From contig CALSML010000012.1 of NCBI GenBank assembly GCA_943787445.1, positions 24,096-88,095 on the forward strand: a DNA stretch of 64,000 nt, read 5' to 3'. Positions within the stretch are counted from its first letter, which is position 1. Each line of letters begins with the position of its first letter. This DNA is from an uncultured Alphaproteobacteria bacterium. GTDB lineage: Bacteria > Pseudomonadota > Alphaproteobacteria > UBA6615. Below the pieces are notes generated by a model. That model did not search any database. It saw nothing but the letters and a program-made list of their open reading frames with translations, and was not told the DNA's origin. Positions 41,131 to 50,893 of this stretch are shown here, piece by piece. Both the position numbers and the translations under genes were made by a program.

Positions 41131-43971
41131 CTACTCAGCGGCCTCCTTTCCATGATCTACTGCGTCGGAACAACGCGCGCAGACATCGTCATGATCCTGC
41201 GCGCCAACATCGGGCAAGACCTGCCAGCAACGCGCGCATTTCTCGCCTTCCGCGAGGCCCGGCACCACGGCAATACCTTCAATGTCAGGTAATGCGAACG
41301 CATCTGCAGGTGCCGCACCCTCGATCAGTTCAGCAGCTGATGTGATCGAAATCTCGGCAAGATCAATGCCGTCCATCGCCGCCACCGTTGCAGCATCGGC
41401 GTAAACGGTCGGTGCCGCCTGCAGGCTGGATCCAATCCGCTTCTCGGCGCGTTCGATTTCAAGCGCCCCGGTTACAACCCGGCGCAGGCGACGAATCTTT
41501 TCCCACTTCTCGGCCAGTGCATCGTCGCGCCAGCTGTCGGGGACCTCGGGATAGGTGCGCAAATGCACGCTGTCCGCGTCACCCTCTCCGGCACGCGCGA
41601 GCCAGGCTTCTTCGGCCGTGAAACATAGCATCGGGGCCAACCACGCGGTCAGATGTGAGAAGAGAATATCGAGAACCGTGCGCGCCGCACGACGTCGTAG
41701 ACTGTCCGTCCCGTCGCAATAAAGCGCATCCTTGCGGATATCGAAGAAGAAAGCCGACAGTTCGACCGCACAGAAATTGTGCAGCGCTGTCCACTGGTCG
41801 TGGAATTCGAAATCATCCGTGGTCTGACGCACCAGCCGGTCCATCTCCCAGATACGATGCAACACCCAGCGCTCCAGCTCGGGCATATCGGCCGGCTCCA
41901 CCCTTTCGCTGGCGTCGAAACCATCGAGATTGCCGAGCAGATAGCGCAGCGTATTGCGAATGCGCCGATAGAGATCGGCCTGATGCTTGAGGATTTCCGG
42001 CCCCAGTCGCAGGTCTTCGGAATAGTCCGAGCCAACCACCCAGATGCGCAGAATATCGGCGCCCAGCTGCTCGACTGAATCCTGTGGCGACACATCGGTC
42101 CCGCGGGATTTCGACATCTTGCGACCATCCTCGGCCATCACGAAGCCATGGGTCAGCACCGCATCATAGGGTGCCCGGCCGCGGGTGCCGCAGGATTCCA
42201 GCAGCGAGGAATGGAACCAGCCACGATGCTGATCGGAACCTTCAAGATAGAGCGAGGCCGGCGATTGCAGGTCCTCGCGTTTCTCGAGAACAAACGCATG
42301 GGTCGAACCGGAATCGAACCAAACATCGACAATGTCACGCACCTGCTCATAGTCATCGGCGTCATAGGCATCGCACAGGAAGCGCGCGGGCGGGCTGGCA
42401 AACCAGGCATCACCACCTTCGGATTCGAAGGCTTCGGCAATCCGGTCAAACACCGCCTGATCACGCAGGACCTCACCGGTCTTCTTGTTCACGAAGACCG
42501 GGATCGGTACCCCCCAGGCACGCTGGCGTGAGATGCACCAGTCCGGACGGTTTTCGATCATCGAGCGCAGACGGGTCTGGCCCTGGGGTGGCACGAAACG
42601 CGTCTCCTCGATCGCGTTCAGGGCTTTTTCGCGCAGGTCATTCGTCTCCATGGAGATGAACCACTGAGAGGTGTTGCGGAAGATCAGCGGTGCCTTCGAA
42701 CGCCAGGAATGGGGATAGGAATGAACGAGCTTGCGCCGACCCAGAAGGCTGTTCTCGCCTTCCAGCACGCTCATCACCGCACCATTCGCTTCGCCCTCCT
42801 TGCCTTCGGGAGTCAGGACCGCCATGCCCGCAAACAGGGGTACGTGTTCGAAATAGCAGCCATCGCCATCCACCATATCGGGAACGGCCAGACCATGCGC
42901 CCGCCCCAGATGGAAATCATCCTCACCATGGCTGGGCGCAATATGCACAAATCCCGTGCCCTGTTCGGTGGTCACGAAATCGGCCTCATAGACCGGGACA
43001 TCATGTTCGAAGCCCTTGGCGCGCAGCGGATGGGCGCAAACGCTCTCCGTGATCGCAGACCCCTTCAGGCGCGCAACCTCGCGATAGGATTCGATCCCCA
43101 TATCCTTGCATGCCGTCTCCAGCAGCGCGGCGGAGACGATCAGTTCATCATCGATCACCGCGCGGCTGTGTTCGGTGACCCCTGTGACGGCGAGGCGCAC
43201 ATAGTCCAGCTCCGGGCCGACAGCGATGGCCCGGTTGCCCGGGATCGTCCAGGGCGTCGTTGTCCAGATGACGATCGCTGCGCCTGCCAGAGCCGGATCG
43301 GCAGCTTCAACAATCGGAAACCGCACATAGATCGACGGCGAGGTGTGATCCTCATACTCGACCTCGGCATCCGCCAGAGCCGTCTTCTCCACGACCGACC
43401 AGAGCACCGGACGTGCACCACGATACAAGCCGCCATTCATCGCAAACTTAGCGATCTCACGGGCGATCTGGGCCTCTGCCGGATAGGCCATGGTCGTATA
43501 GGGATCGGCCCAGTTCCCGAGCACACCCAGACGCTGAAATTCCCCGGACTGGATATCGACCCAGTGTTTGGCAAATTCGCGGCACTCCTTGCGGAACTCC
43601 AAGATCGGTACGTCGTCCTTGTTCCGGCCTTCGGCGCGATACTTCTCCTCGATCTTCCATTCGATCGGCAGGCCGTGGCAGTCCCAGCCCGGCACATAGT
43701 TCGAATCCCGACCCATCATCTGCTGAGAGCGGTTGATCACATCCTTCAGAATCTTGTTCAGCGCATGGCCGATATGCAGATGCCCATTCGCATAGGGCGG
43801 GCCGTCATGCAGGATGAACGGCGTCCGACCGGCGGATTCGGATCGCTGACGCGCAAACAGATCCAGCTCCGACCAGCGCGCGAGAAGCTCCGGCTCCTTC
43901 TTCGGCAAGCCGGCACGCATCGGAAATTCTGTCTTCGGCAGGAAGACGGTGTCCTTGTAATCGATGGCCAT
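41131..43971 (-). CDS. ileS: isoleucine--tRNA ligase
   Basis: Intact 946 aa with HIGH (PYANGHLHIGHALNK), KMSKS (RKMSKSRG) and a C-terminal Cys4 zinc finger (CARCW...CARC). Confidence 0.96.
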   Translation of the reverse strand: MAIDYKDTVFLPKTEFPMRAGLPKKEPELLARWSELDLFARQRSESAGRTPFILHDGPPYANGHLHIGHALNKILKDVINRSQQMMGRDSNYVPGWDCHGLPIEWKIEEKYRAEGRNKDDVPILEFRKECREFAKHWVDIQSGEFQRLGVLGNWADPYTTMAYPAEAQIAREIAKFAMNGGLYRGARPVLWSVVEKTALADAEVEYEDHTSPSIYVRFPIVEAADPALAGAAIVIWTTTPWTIPGNRAIAVGPELDYVRLAVTGVTEHSRAVIDDELIVSAALLETACKDMGIESYREVARLKGSAITESVCAHPLRAKGFEHDVPVYEADFVTTEQGTGFVHIAPSHGEDDFHLGRAHGLAVPDMVDGDGCYFEHVPLFAGMAVLTPEGKEGEANGAVMSVLEGENSLLGRRKLVHSYPHSWRSKAPLIFRNTSQWFISMETNDLREKALNAIEETRFVPPQGQTRLRSMIENRPDWCISRQRAWGVPIPVFVNKKTGEVLRDQAVFDRIAEAFESEGGDAWFASPPARFLCDAYDADDYEQVRDIVDVWFDSGSTHAFVLEKREDLQSPASLYLEGSDQHRGWFHSSLLESCGTRGRAPYDAVLTHGFVMAEDGRKMSKSRGTDVSPQDSVEQLGADILRIWVVGSDYSEDLRLGPEILKHQADLYRRIRNTLRYLLGNLDGFDASERVEPADMPELERWVLHRIWEMDRLVRQTTDDFEFHDQWTALHNFCAVELSAFFFDIRKDALYCDGTDSLRRRAARTVLDILFSHLTAWLAPMLCFTAEEAWLARAGEGDADSVHLRTYPEVPDSWRDDALAEKWEKIRRLRRVVTGALEIERAEKRIGSSLQAAPTVYADAATVAAMDGIDLAEISITSAAELIEGAAPADAFALPDIEGIAVVPGLAEGEKCARCWQVLPDVGAQDHDDVCARCSDAVDHGKEAAE

Positions 43972-44044
43972 GTTTTGTTCCCAAGTATCCGGGCGGCTTA
44001 TAAATCGCGAAAAACCTCACGGCAACCGGCGGATTGCGTGCGTT

Positions 44045-45022
44045 TTACATATCTTCGCCGACAAAATCACCTGCGCCCAGAGCGCGCGCAAGGTGCAAGT
44101 CTCTTGCCTGGCGTGAATCCTCGGCGATCTGGGCCTTCAAAGCGTCCAGTCCGTCGAACTTTTTCTCGGCCCGCAGATAATCGATGAAGGCCACCCGCAG
44201 GTAGCTGCCATAGAGATCACCTTCGAAATCGAAGAGATGCACTTCCAGCACCACACCCTCGCCATTGACCGTCGGGCGCACACCCAGATTGGCAACCCCG
44301 TCATACCAGCGGATGCGGCCATCGACACGTGCACCCGCGCGAATCGAGTAGACGCCCAGCGCCGGGCATATCGATTCACCCAGATCCACATTGGCGGTCG
44401 GGAAGCCGATCGTGCGGCCCAGTTGCCGACCTTCGCGGACCCGCCCCTCGACGTCCCAGAGATGACCGAGCAGGGCGGCGGCGCGTTGCGGCTGGCCGTT
44501 CTTCAGATATTTGCGGATCAGGGTCGACGAGTAGATCTCCTCCACTTCGTCCCGGGCAGGCTGCACCGAGGTCGCCTTGAACCCGAGTTCGTCGGCACGG
44601 GATTTCAGATATTCCGGATTCCCCTCCCGGCCCGCGCCAAAGGCAAAGTCATAGCCCACGACAACATGGGAGGCGCCCATGCCATTGTGGAGAATATCCG
44701 TCACGAAACTGTCGGCCGGCCGTTTCGCGATGGAGTCATCGAAACGCAGCACAAACAGCACATCAGCACCCAGTGCCTGCAATTCCCGCACCTTAATCCG
44801 GAACGGCGTGAGCCGAAACGGTTCGGTTTCCTTGCCGAAAAACGTCCGCGGATGCGGCTCGAATGTCAGCAGGCCAAATTTCCGACCGTCGGCACGCGCG
44901 ATGTCGCGCGCCGTTGCAATCACATGCTGGTGACCCCGATGAAGACCATCGAAATTTCCCAGCGCGACCACGGCGCCCTTATCCGCTTCGGGCACATTCG
45001 CAAAGTGTCGAAGTATACGCAT
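44045..45022 (-). CDS. ribF: bifunctional riboflavin kinase/FAD synthetase
   Basis: 325 aa with GNFDGLHRGHQ in the N-terminal adenylyltransferase part and GFPTANV in the kinase domain. Confidence 0.93.
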   Translation of the reverse strand: MRILRHFANVPEADKGAVVALGNFDGLHRGHQHVIATARDIARADGRKFGLLTFEPHPRTFFGKETEPFRLTPFRIKVRELQALGADVLFVLRFDDSIAKRPADSFVTDILHNGMGASHVVVGYDFAFGAGREGNPEYLKSRADELGFKATSVQPARDEVEEIYSSTLIRKYLKNGQPQRAAALLGHLWDVEGRVREGRQLGRTIGFPTANVDLGESICPALGVYSIRAGARVDGRIRWYDGVANLGVRPTVNGEGVVLEVHLFDFEGDLYGSYLRVAFIDYLRAEKKFDGLDALKAQIAEDSRQARDLHLARALGAGDFVGEDM

Positions 45023-45096
45023 CTGCGCGATGTACCTTTGGACCGCGCGGCAATCAAGCCATCGCGGTCGATTGGAAGCGCTGGCGCGGACCCGCC

Positions 45097-45585
45097 TCAG
45101 CTCTTCTGGGGGACCAGAACCTTTGCTTCGCCCGAGATCACGACCTTGTCGCCGACAGTGCAGACAGTTTCAAGCACGGCACGTTTCTTGTGCGGGATCA
45201 GCTCCGTCACTGTCGCGCGGGCGGTCACCGTGTCGCCGGGGCGAACCGGCGCCTTGAATTTCAGGGTCTGACTGACATAGACGCAACCCGGTCCCGGAAG
45301 GCGGGTGCCGACGACGGTTGAAATGAAGCTCGAACACAGCATGCCATGGGCAATCGTGCCCCCGAACATGGTCTGACCGGCATATTCCGCATTCAGATGC
45401 ATGGGGTTGGTGTCACCCGAAATCCCGGCGAACATCACCAGATCGGCAGGACCGATCGTGCGGGCATAGACCGCGGTCATCCCGACTTCCAGATCTTCGA
45501 AAAAGTAACCGCTCAGTTCCTCCACCAGACTTGGCGTGGCGGAAACCGGCGCAGCCGTCACCGGCTCGGCAGCGTCAACAGACAT
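45097..45585 (-). CDS. MaoC family (R)-specific enoyl-CoA hydratase/dehydratase
   Basis: Hotdog fold with the motif GDTNPMHLN...AHGML. I take the start at the ATG at 45585. Confidence 0.8.
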   Translation of the reverse strand: MSVDAAEPVTAAPVSATPSLVEELSGYFFEDLEVGMTAVYARTIGPADLVMFAGISGDTNPMHLNAEYAGQTMFGGTIAHGMLCSSFISTVVGTRLPGPGCVYVSQTLKFKAPVRPGDTVTARATVTELIPHKKRAVLETVCTVGDKVVISGEAKVLVPQKS

Positions 45586-45686
45586 ACATAACCCCAGATT
45601 TTCGTGTGTGTTGACCACATGTTGCGCCGCAACATTTCCAAACGCAAGGGTTGCGCAGGGCCCGAAACGGCGCGGGCAGGTGGAAA

Positions 45687-47108
45687 CTAGCTCCCCGGAC
45701 GCGGATCAATCGGCACAAGCGCCGAAAATGCCATGATCTCCTCAAGCCGTGCCGCAAAGTGCAGAAGTTCGGCTTCCCCCCGGGGGCGTCCCACGAGTTG
45801 CAGGCCCACGGGCAATCCGGACTTGGTAAAACCACAGGGCACCGAAATCGCCGGACACCCGGTCAGAGTGATGGCGAAAGTGATGTAGAGCCAGTCCACA
45901 TAATTGCCGAACTCGTGATCCTCCAACCGTTCCAGATAGCGCATATCCACATCGAAGGGCGGCACGATCGCGGCCGGACAGGCCAGCACATCATGGTCAC
46001 CGAACCAGGTCGCGACCCGCTGGTAGAGCGCGCCCCGTTCGCGCAGAGCAACGGAGATGTCACCGCTGGATTGGGCCATGCCCTTCTCGATGTTCCAGAT
46101 CATTTCCGGCTTCATCTTGTCGCGATACTTTTCAAGCAGCGGAGCCCGGTTCACGACAAAGGCGGAGGCGCGCAGGGTCTGAAAGGTTTCCAGCGCGCCA
46201 GAAAAATCGGGGCAGGACTCTTCGACCACGGCCCCAGCTTCCGCAAACCGCAACGCGGCCGCCCGGCAAATCTCGGCCACTTCGGAATCGACCGGACCGA
46301 TGCCCAGATCCTCGGAAAACCCGACCCGCGCGGGTGTGTCGGGATTGAGCGCGGCCGACTGAAAGGACTCCACTGGAGCTTCCAGTGTCAGCGGAAAACG
46401 CGGATCTATGCCAACCTCGGCATCCAGCATCAGTGCCACATCGGCCACATTGCGCGCGATTGGACCGTTCATGGACAGGCTCTGGAAAGGATCGCGCTGC
46501 GGCCCTGCCGCAACACGGCCCGGGCTCGGACGCAGCCCCACGACCGAACAGAAGCTGGCCGGTGTGCGCAACGATCCACCCAGATCGGTGCCGGTCGCCA
46601 GCCAGGACATTCCGGTGGCCACCGCCACCGCGGCGCCCCCTGAGGAGCCGCCACAGGTCATATCCGTGTTCCAGGGGTTCAGGGTCTTGCCAAACACTTC
46701 ATTGAAAGTGTTCGCCCCGGCAGCAAATTCCGGAGTGTTCGATTTCCCAATCACAATGGCGCCATTGCGTTTGAGAATCTCGACGGAGATATCGTCCCGC
46801 TCGGAAATATGATCGGCAAAGATCGGCGAACCGTGCGTTGTGCGGACCCCGGCCACGTCGGTCACATCCTTGACGACAATCGGCAACCCGCCGAGCCAGC
46901 CCGGTGAATCAGAATCCGTTTTCGGCAGCGATTTGGCGGCCTCACGGGCCATATCGAAGCACAATGTCGGAAGCGCGTTGACAGCGGGATCGACGGCTGC
47001 GATGCGTTCTTCTGCCGCGTCGATCAGTTCGAGAGGCGTGACATCCCCCGTTTTCAGCCGGGCCACCGCTTCACACGCACTCAGGGCTATCAATTCGGAT
47101 GACGACAT
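45687..47108 (-). CDS. amidase (amidase-signature family)
   Basis: 473 aa with the AS motif GGSSGGAAVAVATG and the catalytic Ser-cisSer-Lys context. The substrate is unknown. Confidence 0.85.
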   Translation of the reverse strand: MSSSELIALSACEAVARLKTGDVTPLELIDAAEERIAAVDPAVNALPTLCFDMAREAAKSLPKTDSDSPGWLGGLPIVVKDVTDVAGVRTTHGSPIFADHISERDDISVEILKRNGAIVIGKSNTPEFAAGANTFNEVFGKTLNPWNTDMTCGGSSGGAAVAVATGMSWLATGTDLGGSLRTPASFCSVVGLRPSPGRVAAGPQRDPFQSLSMNGPIARNVADVALMLDAEVGIDPRFPLTLEAPVESFQSAALNPDTPARVGFSEDLGIGPVDSEVAEICRAAALRFAEAGAVVEESCPDFSGALETFQTLRASAFVVNRAPLLEKYRDKMKPEMIWNIEKGMAQSSGDISVALRERGALYQRVATWFGDHDVLACPAAIVPPFDVDMRYLERLEDHEFGNYVDWLYITFAITLTGCPAISVPCGFTKSGLPVGLQLVGRPRGEAELLHFAARLEEIMAFSALVPIDPRPGS

Positions 47109-47195
47109 TTACCTCTCCTAAACCGTTTCCCGGACAATATAGCAGAGCATCGCGTGCATCGTGCGCGCGAGCGATCTTGTGGATCAAACGAACCG

Positions 47196-47414
47196 ATGGC
47201 CATTCGCTTGCCCAAAGCACCCAAAGTGCGCGTACATGCGGATGTCTCCTTGCAGGACGGCACCCGGTTTCGTGGCCAGGTCTTTATCGAGGCCACGACG
47301 CGGATTCAGAACCTCATGAACTCGTCAGACCCGTTCTTTCCCTTCGTGGACGAAGCCGGCACGGTTCATCTGATCAACAAAAGGTCCGTGGTTCAGCTTA
47401 CGCCGCACGACTAG
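47196..47414 (+). CDS. small hypothetical protein
   Basis: 72 aa reading MAIRLPKAPKVRVHADVSLQDGTRFRGQVFIEATTRIQNLMNSSDPFFPFVDEAGTVHLINKRSVVQLTPHD. The composition is protein-like and I recognise no family. The track ORF starts earlier, at 47154. Confidence 0.45.
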   Translation: MAIRLPKAPKVRVHADVSLQDGTRFRGQVFIEATTRIQNLMNSSDPFFPFVDEAGTVHLINKRSVVQLTPHD

Positions 47415-47427
47415 ACACGCAGCGACC

Positions 47428-47900
47428 ATGCTGATCGACGGGAAGACGGCAAACGCCGCGGGCCGGACCGGATGCCGGTCCTGCTCGAACGCTGGGCCGA
47501 AATTCTCGACACTCTGGGTCCGCGCCGCGCCCCTGTGCTCATTGGCGGCAAGTCCATGGGGGGTCGCAGCGCGGCCATGTTTGCCGCCGAAGCGGAAAAC
47601 CGGAACCTGCTGGACGGGGTCATCTGCCTTGGCTACCCGTTTCACCCACCCGGCAAGCCCGGGAAAACCAGCCTGGAACCCCTGCACGCCGCCACCGCGC
47701 CAACCCTGATTCTGCAGGGTGAGCGCGATCCATTCGGCAAACCCGCAGAGATCGCAGGCTATGACATCTCCGACCCCGTTCGGATCGAATGGATTCCCGA
47801 TGGTGACCACTCCTTCGTTCCGCGCAAGCAATCCGGACACACCGAAGCCGAAAATCTCGGTCTGGCGACGGCAGCTCACACGTGTTGGCAATACTGCTCG
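47428..47900 (+). pseudogene. alpha/beta hydrolase (KANL3/Tex30-like) remnant with an internal out-of-frame deletion
   Basis: The ATG at 47428 gives MLIDGKTANAAG, a typical family N-terminus. After about 12 codons, homology continues in another frame (EDGKRRGPDRMPVLLERW...IGGKSMGGR...LQGERDPFG...DGDHSF). The nucleotide-binding/first strand region, roughly 60-70 residues, is missing. This frame has no stop until 48323, inside the next gene, so the 3' end given here is approximate. Confidence 0.6.
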
Positions 47901-48787
47901 CCGGCCTCGTACTGTCATTGGTCACGAACACATCCGCATTCGCGGGCTTTCGCGATGCCTTCGAGCAATACAACGCGCAAAACTGCGCAGCCGCGCGCCG
48001 CGAAGCAGAGCCGGATGCCGAACGCGGCAATCCGGCCGCCCAATGGCTGCTCGGCACGATCTTTCTGCTCGGACATGGCGTCGACGAAGACCCCATGCGT
48101 GCACGCGGCTGGTTTGAAAAGTTTGCCGCATCCAACTACCCGCCTTCCCAGGCCGTACTCGGACGCATGTTCGAATAAGGCATTGGCGGCGAGCAGGACC
48201 CCCATGCGGCCCACAACCTCTATTAACAGTCCGCCCAGCAGGGATACGCTGACGCAGCCTATCTGCTGGGCCGTCAGTTCTATTGCGGGCGGGGGATCGA
48301 GAAGAACGGCAATGCGGCGCTGAAATGGCTGACCATCGCCGCCGATGACGGCAAGTCGGATGCTCAGTTTCTGGGCTCCAAAATCCTGCTGACCAACGAG
48401 ATCATCAAGGCCAACCCCAAACAGGCGGCCGCAACCGGCCTGGCCGATGCAGAAGTGAGGCTGGGGGATTTGTACAGCAAAGGACTCAACGGGCGTCCCG
48501 ACCATGCCCGCGCGCTGGATTGGTGGACAAAGGCCGCGCAGAAACTCGACACCGAAGCGCAGCTGCGCCTTGCCCGCGCCTATGCCCGTGGCCGTGGCAC
48601 CGCTCGGAACTATGAGATCGCCTACCGATGGGCCTCCCTGGCCGCGATTCAGGGCAACGAAACCGCAGCAGAGCTTCGTGACAAGCTGATCTCGCGCCTG
48701 CGACCCGACGAGATCGAACGGGCCGATCGCGCCGTGGATGCCGAGCTGGCGACCCACAATCGCTCCCGCAGCGGGAAGAGTTCCTGA
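47882..48787 (+). pseudogene. secreted Sel1/TPR-like repeat protein with two in-frame TAA codons
   Basis: A single frame from the GTG at 47882 carries a signal peptide (LAILLAGLVLSLVTNTSAFA) and consecutive Sel1 repeats. It is interrupted at 48176..48178 (GRMFE-TAA-GIGGEQD) and at 48224..48226 (AHNLY-TAA-QSAQQGYADAAYLLG). Track ORFs 47882..48178 and 48455..48787 are in the same frame. Confidence 0.72.
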
Positions 48788-48842
48788 CCGAATGGTCTTC
48801 GGGCTTTGCGCCTGCGGGTGGCTGCGTTAGTTTTCCCACATC

Positions 48843-49901
48843 TTGAGCACACTACATCAGATAAGCAGCGCCGCGCTGCGCCTCCTCCCGGCGGAAACCG
48901 GTCACGGTATCGCCCTGCGTGCTTTGGCGGCCGGACTTGGGCCCCACCAGCGTGCCGATGACTTTCCCGTTCTTGCCCAGGACATCTGTGGATTGCACTT
49001 CGCCAATCCGGTCGCCGTATCTGCTGGCTTCGACAAGAACGCTGCCGTCATCGCCGGGGCCCGCCGGCTGGGCAGCGGGTTTGTGGAAATCGGCGGCGTG
49101 ACGCCCCGCGCGCAGACCGGCAATCCGAAACCCCGATTGTTCCGCCTCACGCCCGACCGTGCCGCCATCAACCGCATGGGCTTCAACAATGAAGGGTCCG
49201 ATGCTGTCCTCGCACGGGTCCAGGCTGCGCGCGACGGTTCAACCCCGCTCGGTGTCAATCTCGCCGCCAACAGCGACAGCACCGATCCTGCGCAGGATTT
49301 TGTGGCGCTGGTCGAGACATTCGCCCCGGCTGCGGACTTTCTGACCATCGATGTGTCCTGCCCCAATTCGGCAAACGGTCAGGTCTTTCTCGACCCGCGC
49401 GCCCTCGAAGACCTGCTGGCCCGTTTGAGCGCGACCCGCGAGGCATCCTCCGGCACACCGGTCATGTTCGCCAAGCTGGCCCCCGATCTCGCCGATGACC
49501 ATCTGACGGAGCTTCTGGAAGTCATGCTGGCGGCAGAGATCGACGCCATCACCCTGTGCAACACCACCACAGCCCGCCCGGAGTCACTGCAAAGTGCCAA
49601 TGCTGCAGAACGGGGCGGCCTGTCCGGCGCACCGCTCTTCGAAATGGCGACAGAAATGTTGCGCAAGGTCTACGCCCAGACCCAAGGACGCGTGCCGCTG
49701 ATCGGTGTCGGCGGAATCATGAACGGTGCCGATGCCTATACGAAAATTCGCGCCGGGGCCTCGCTCGTCCAGCTTTATACCGGCCTTGTCTATGAAGGAC
49801 CCGGGCTGATCCAGACCATCAAACACGACATTGCCGAACGCCTGACCCGTGACGGGTTCATCCATCTGTCCCAGGCTATCGGCCTCGAACATCGGTCCTG
49901 A
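48843..49901 (+). CDS. pyrD: dihydroorotate dehydrogenase (quinone), class 2
   Basis: 352 aa with GFDKNA, GFVEIGGVTP and IGVGGI motifs. It appears to start at a TTG. Confidence 0.9.
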   Translation: MSTLHQISSAALRLLPAETGHGIALRALAAGLGPHQRADDFPVLAQDICGLHFANPVAVSAGFDKNAAVIAGARRLGSGFVEIGGVTPRAQTGNPKPRLFRLTPDRAAINRMGFNNEGSDAVLARVQAARDGSTPLGVNLAANSDSTDPAQDFVALVETFAPAADFLTIDVSCPNSANGQVFLDPRALEDLLARLSATREASSGTPVMFAKLAPDLADDHLTELLEVMLAAEIDAITLCNTTTARPESLQSANAAERGGLSGAPLFEMATEMLRKVYAQTQGRVPLIGVGGIMNGADAYTKIRAGASLVQLYTGLVYEGPGLIQTIKHDIAERLTRDGFIHLSQAIGLEHRS

Positions 49902-49909
49902 CCGGACCG

Positions 49910-50893
49910 CTAGGCGACCCGCAAAAGGTGTATCGAGAAGAGCTCGTCCGGGTCAGTCCAGCACTCGACACTGTCCCAGCCGGCTTCGGCCGCCAGCGCC
50001 TTGAACCCGTCCACATCATATTTGTGAGAATCTTCGGTGTGGATGCTCTCGCCCGCTTCAAAGTGGAAGGTCTCGCCGGCCAGAGTGACATCCTGTGCCT
50101 CTTCACTGACCAGATGCATTTCGATCCGCCCGGGCTCCGGGACCCAGCGCGCGTCATGGACAAAGGCGTCGAGATTGAAATCCCCGCCCAGTTCCCGATT
50201 GATGCGTTCGAGCAGGTTGAGATTGAACGCCGCTGTCACGCCCGCTGCATCGTTGTAGGCCGCGTGCAGGCGCGCCACGTCCTTGCGCAGATCGACCCCG
50301 ATCAGCAGGCCGTTGTTGTGGCCCAGATCGGACGCTGCCGCACGCAGGAATGAAATCGCATCCGCACGCGTGAAATTGCCGATGGTGGAGCCGGGAAAAA
50401 ATCCGGCACGGACCTTCTCACCGGCGATCTCCGGTACATCGAAGGGCTGGGTATAATCCGCACACACCGGAACCACCCGAAGCGCAGGATAGCTGTCCGC
50501 CAGATCCTTGGCCGAGACCAGCAAATGCTCCCGCGAAATATCGACGGGAACATAGGCCGACGGATCATCCAACGCGTCGAGCAGAATTCTGATCTTGGTG
50601 CTCGACCCGCTGCCAAACTCGATGACCGTTGCGCCCTCGCCCACCAGCGCTGCAACTTCAGCGGAAATCGTCTGCAGCAACGCCATCTCTGTACGGGTCG
50701 GATAATATTCGTGCAGTTCGCAAATATCATCGAACAGTTGCGACCCGCGTTCGTCATAGAAATATTTGCTGGGCAGTCGTTTGGGGGATTGCTGCAGGCC
50801 GTTGAGAACATCGTCCCGGAAATTATCCGAGGCATGATCATATTCGACATAGTCGTGCAGGGGGCCAAGCGCCTCAGCAGTCGCGCTGCTCAT
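49910..50893 (-). CDS. egtD: L-histidine N(alpha)-methyltransferase (hercynine synthase)
   Basis: 327 aa with KYFYDERGSQLFDDICELHEYYPTRTE and GSTIGNF motifs typical of EgtD. Its start overlaps the egtB stop (ATGA). Confidence 0.88.
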   Translation of the reverse strand: MSSATAEALGPLHDYVEYDHASDNFRDDVLNGLQQSPKRLPSKYFYDERGSQLFDDICELHEYYPTRTEMALLQTISAEVAALVGEGATVIEFGSGSSTKIRILLDALDDPSAYVPVDISREHLLVSAKDLADSYPALRVVPVCADYTQPFDVPEIAGEKVRAGFFPGSTIGNFTRADAISFLRAAASDLGHNNGLLIGVDLRKDVARLHAAYNDAAGVTAAFNLNLLERINRELGGDFNLDAFVHDARWVPEPGRIEMHLVSEEAQDVTLAGETFHFEAGESIHTEDSHKYDVDGFKALAAEAGWDSVECWTDPDELFSIHLLRVA

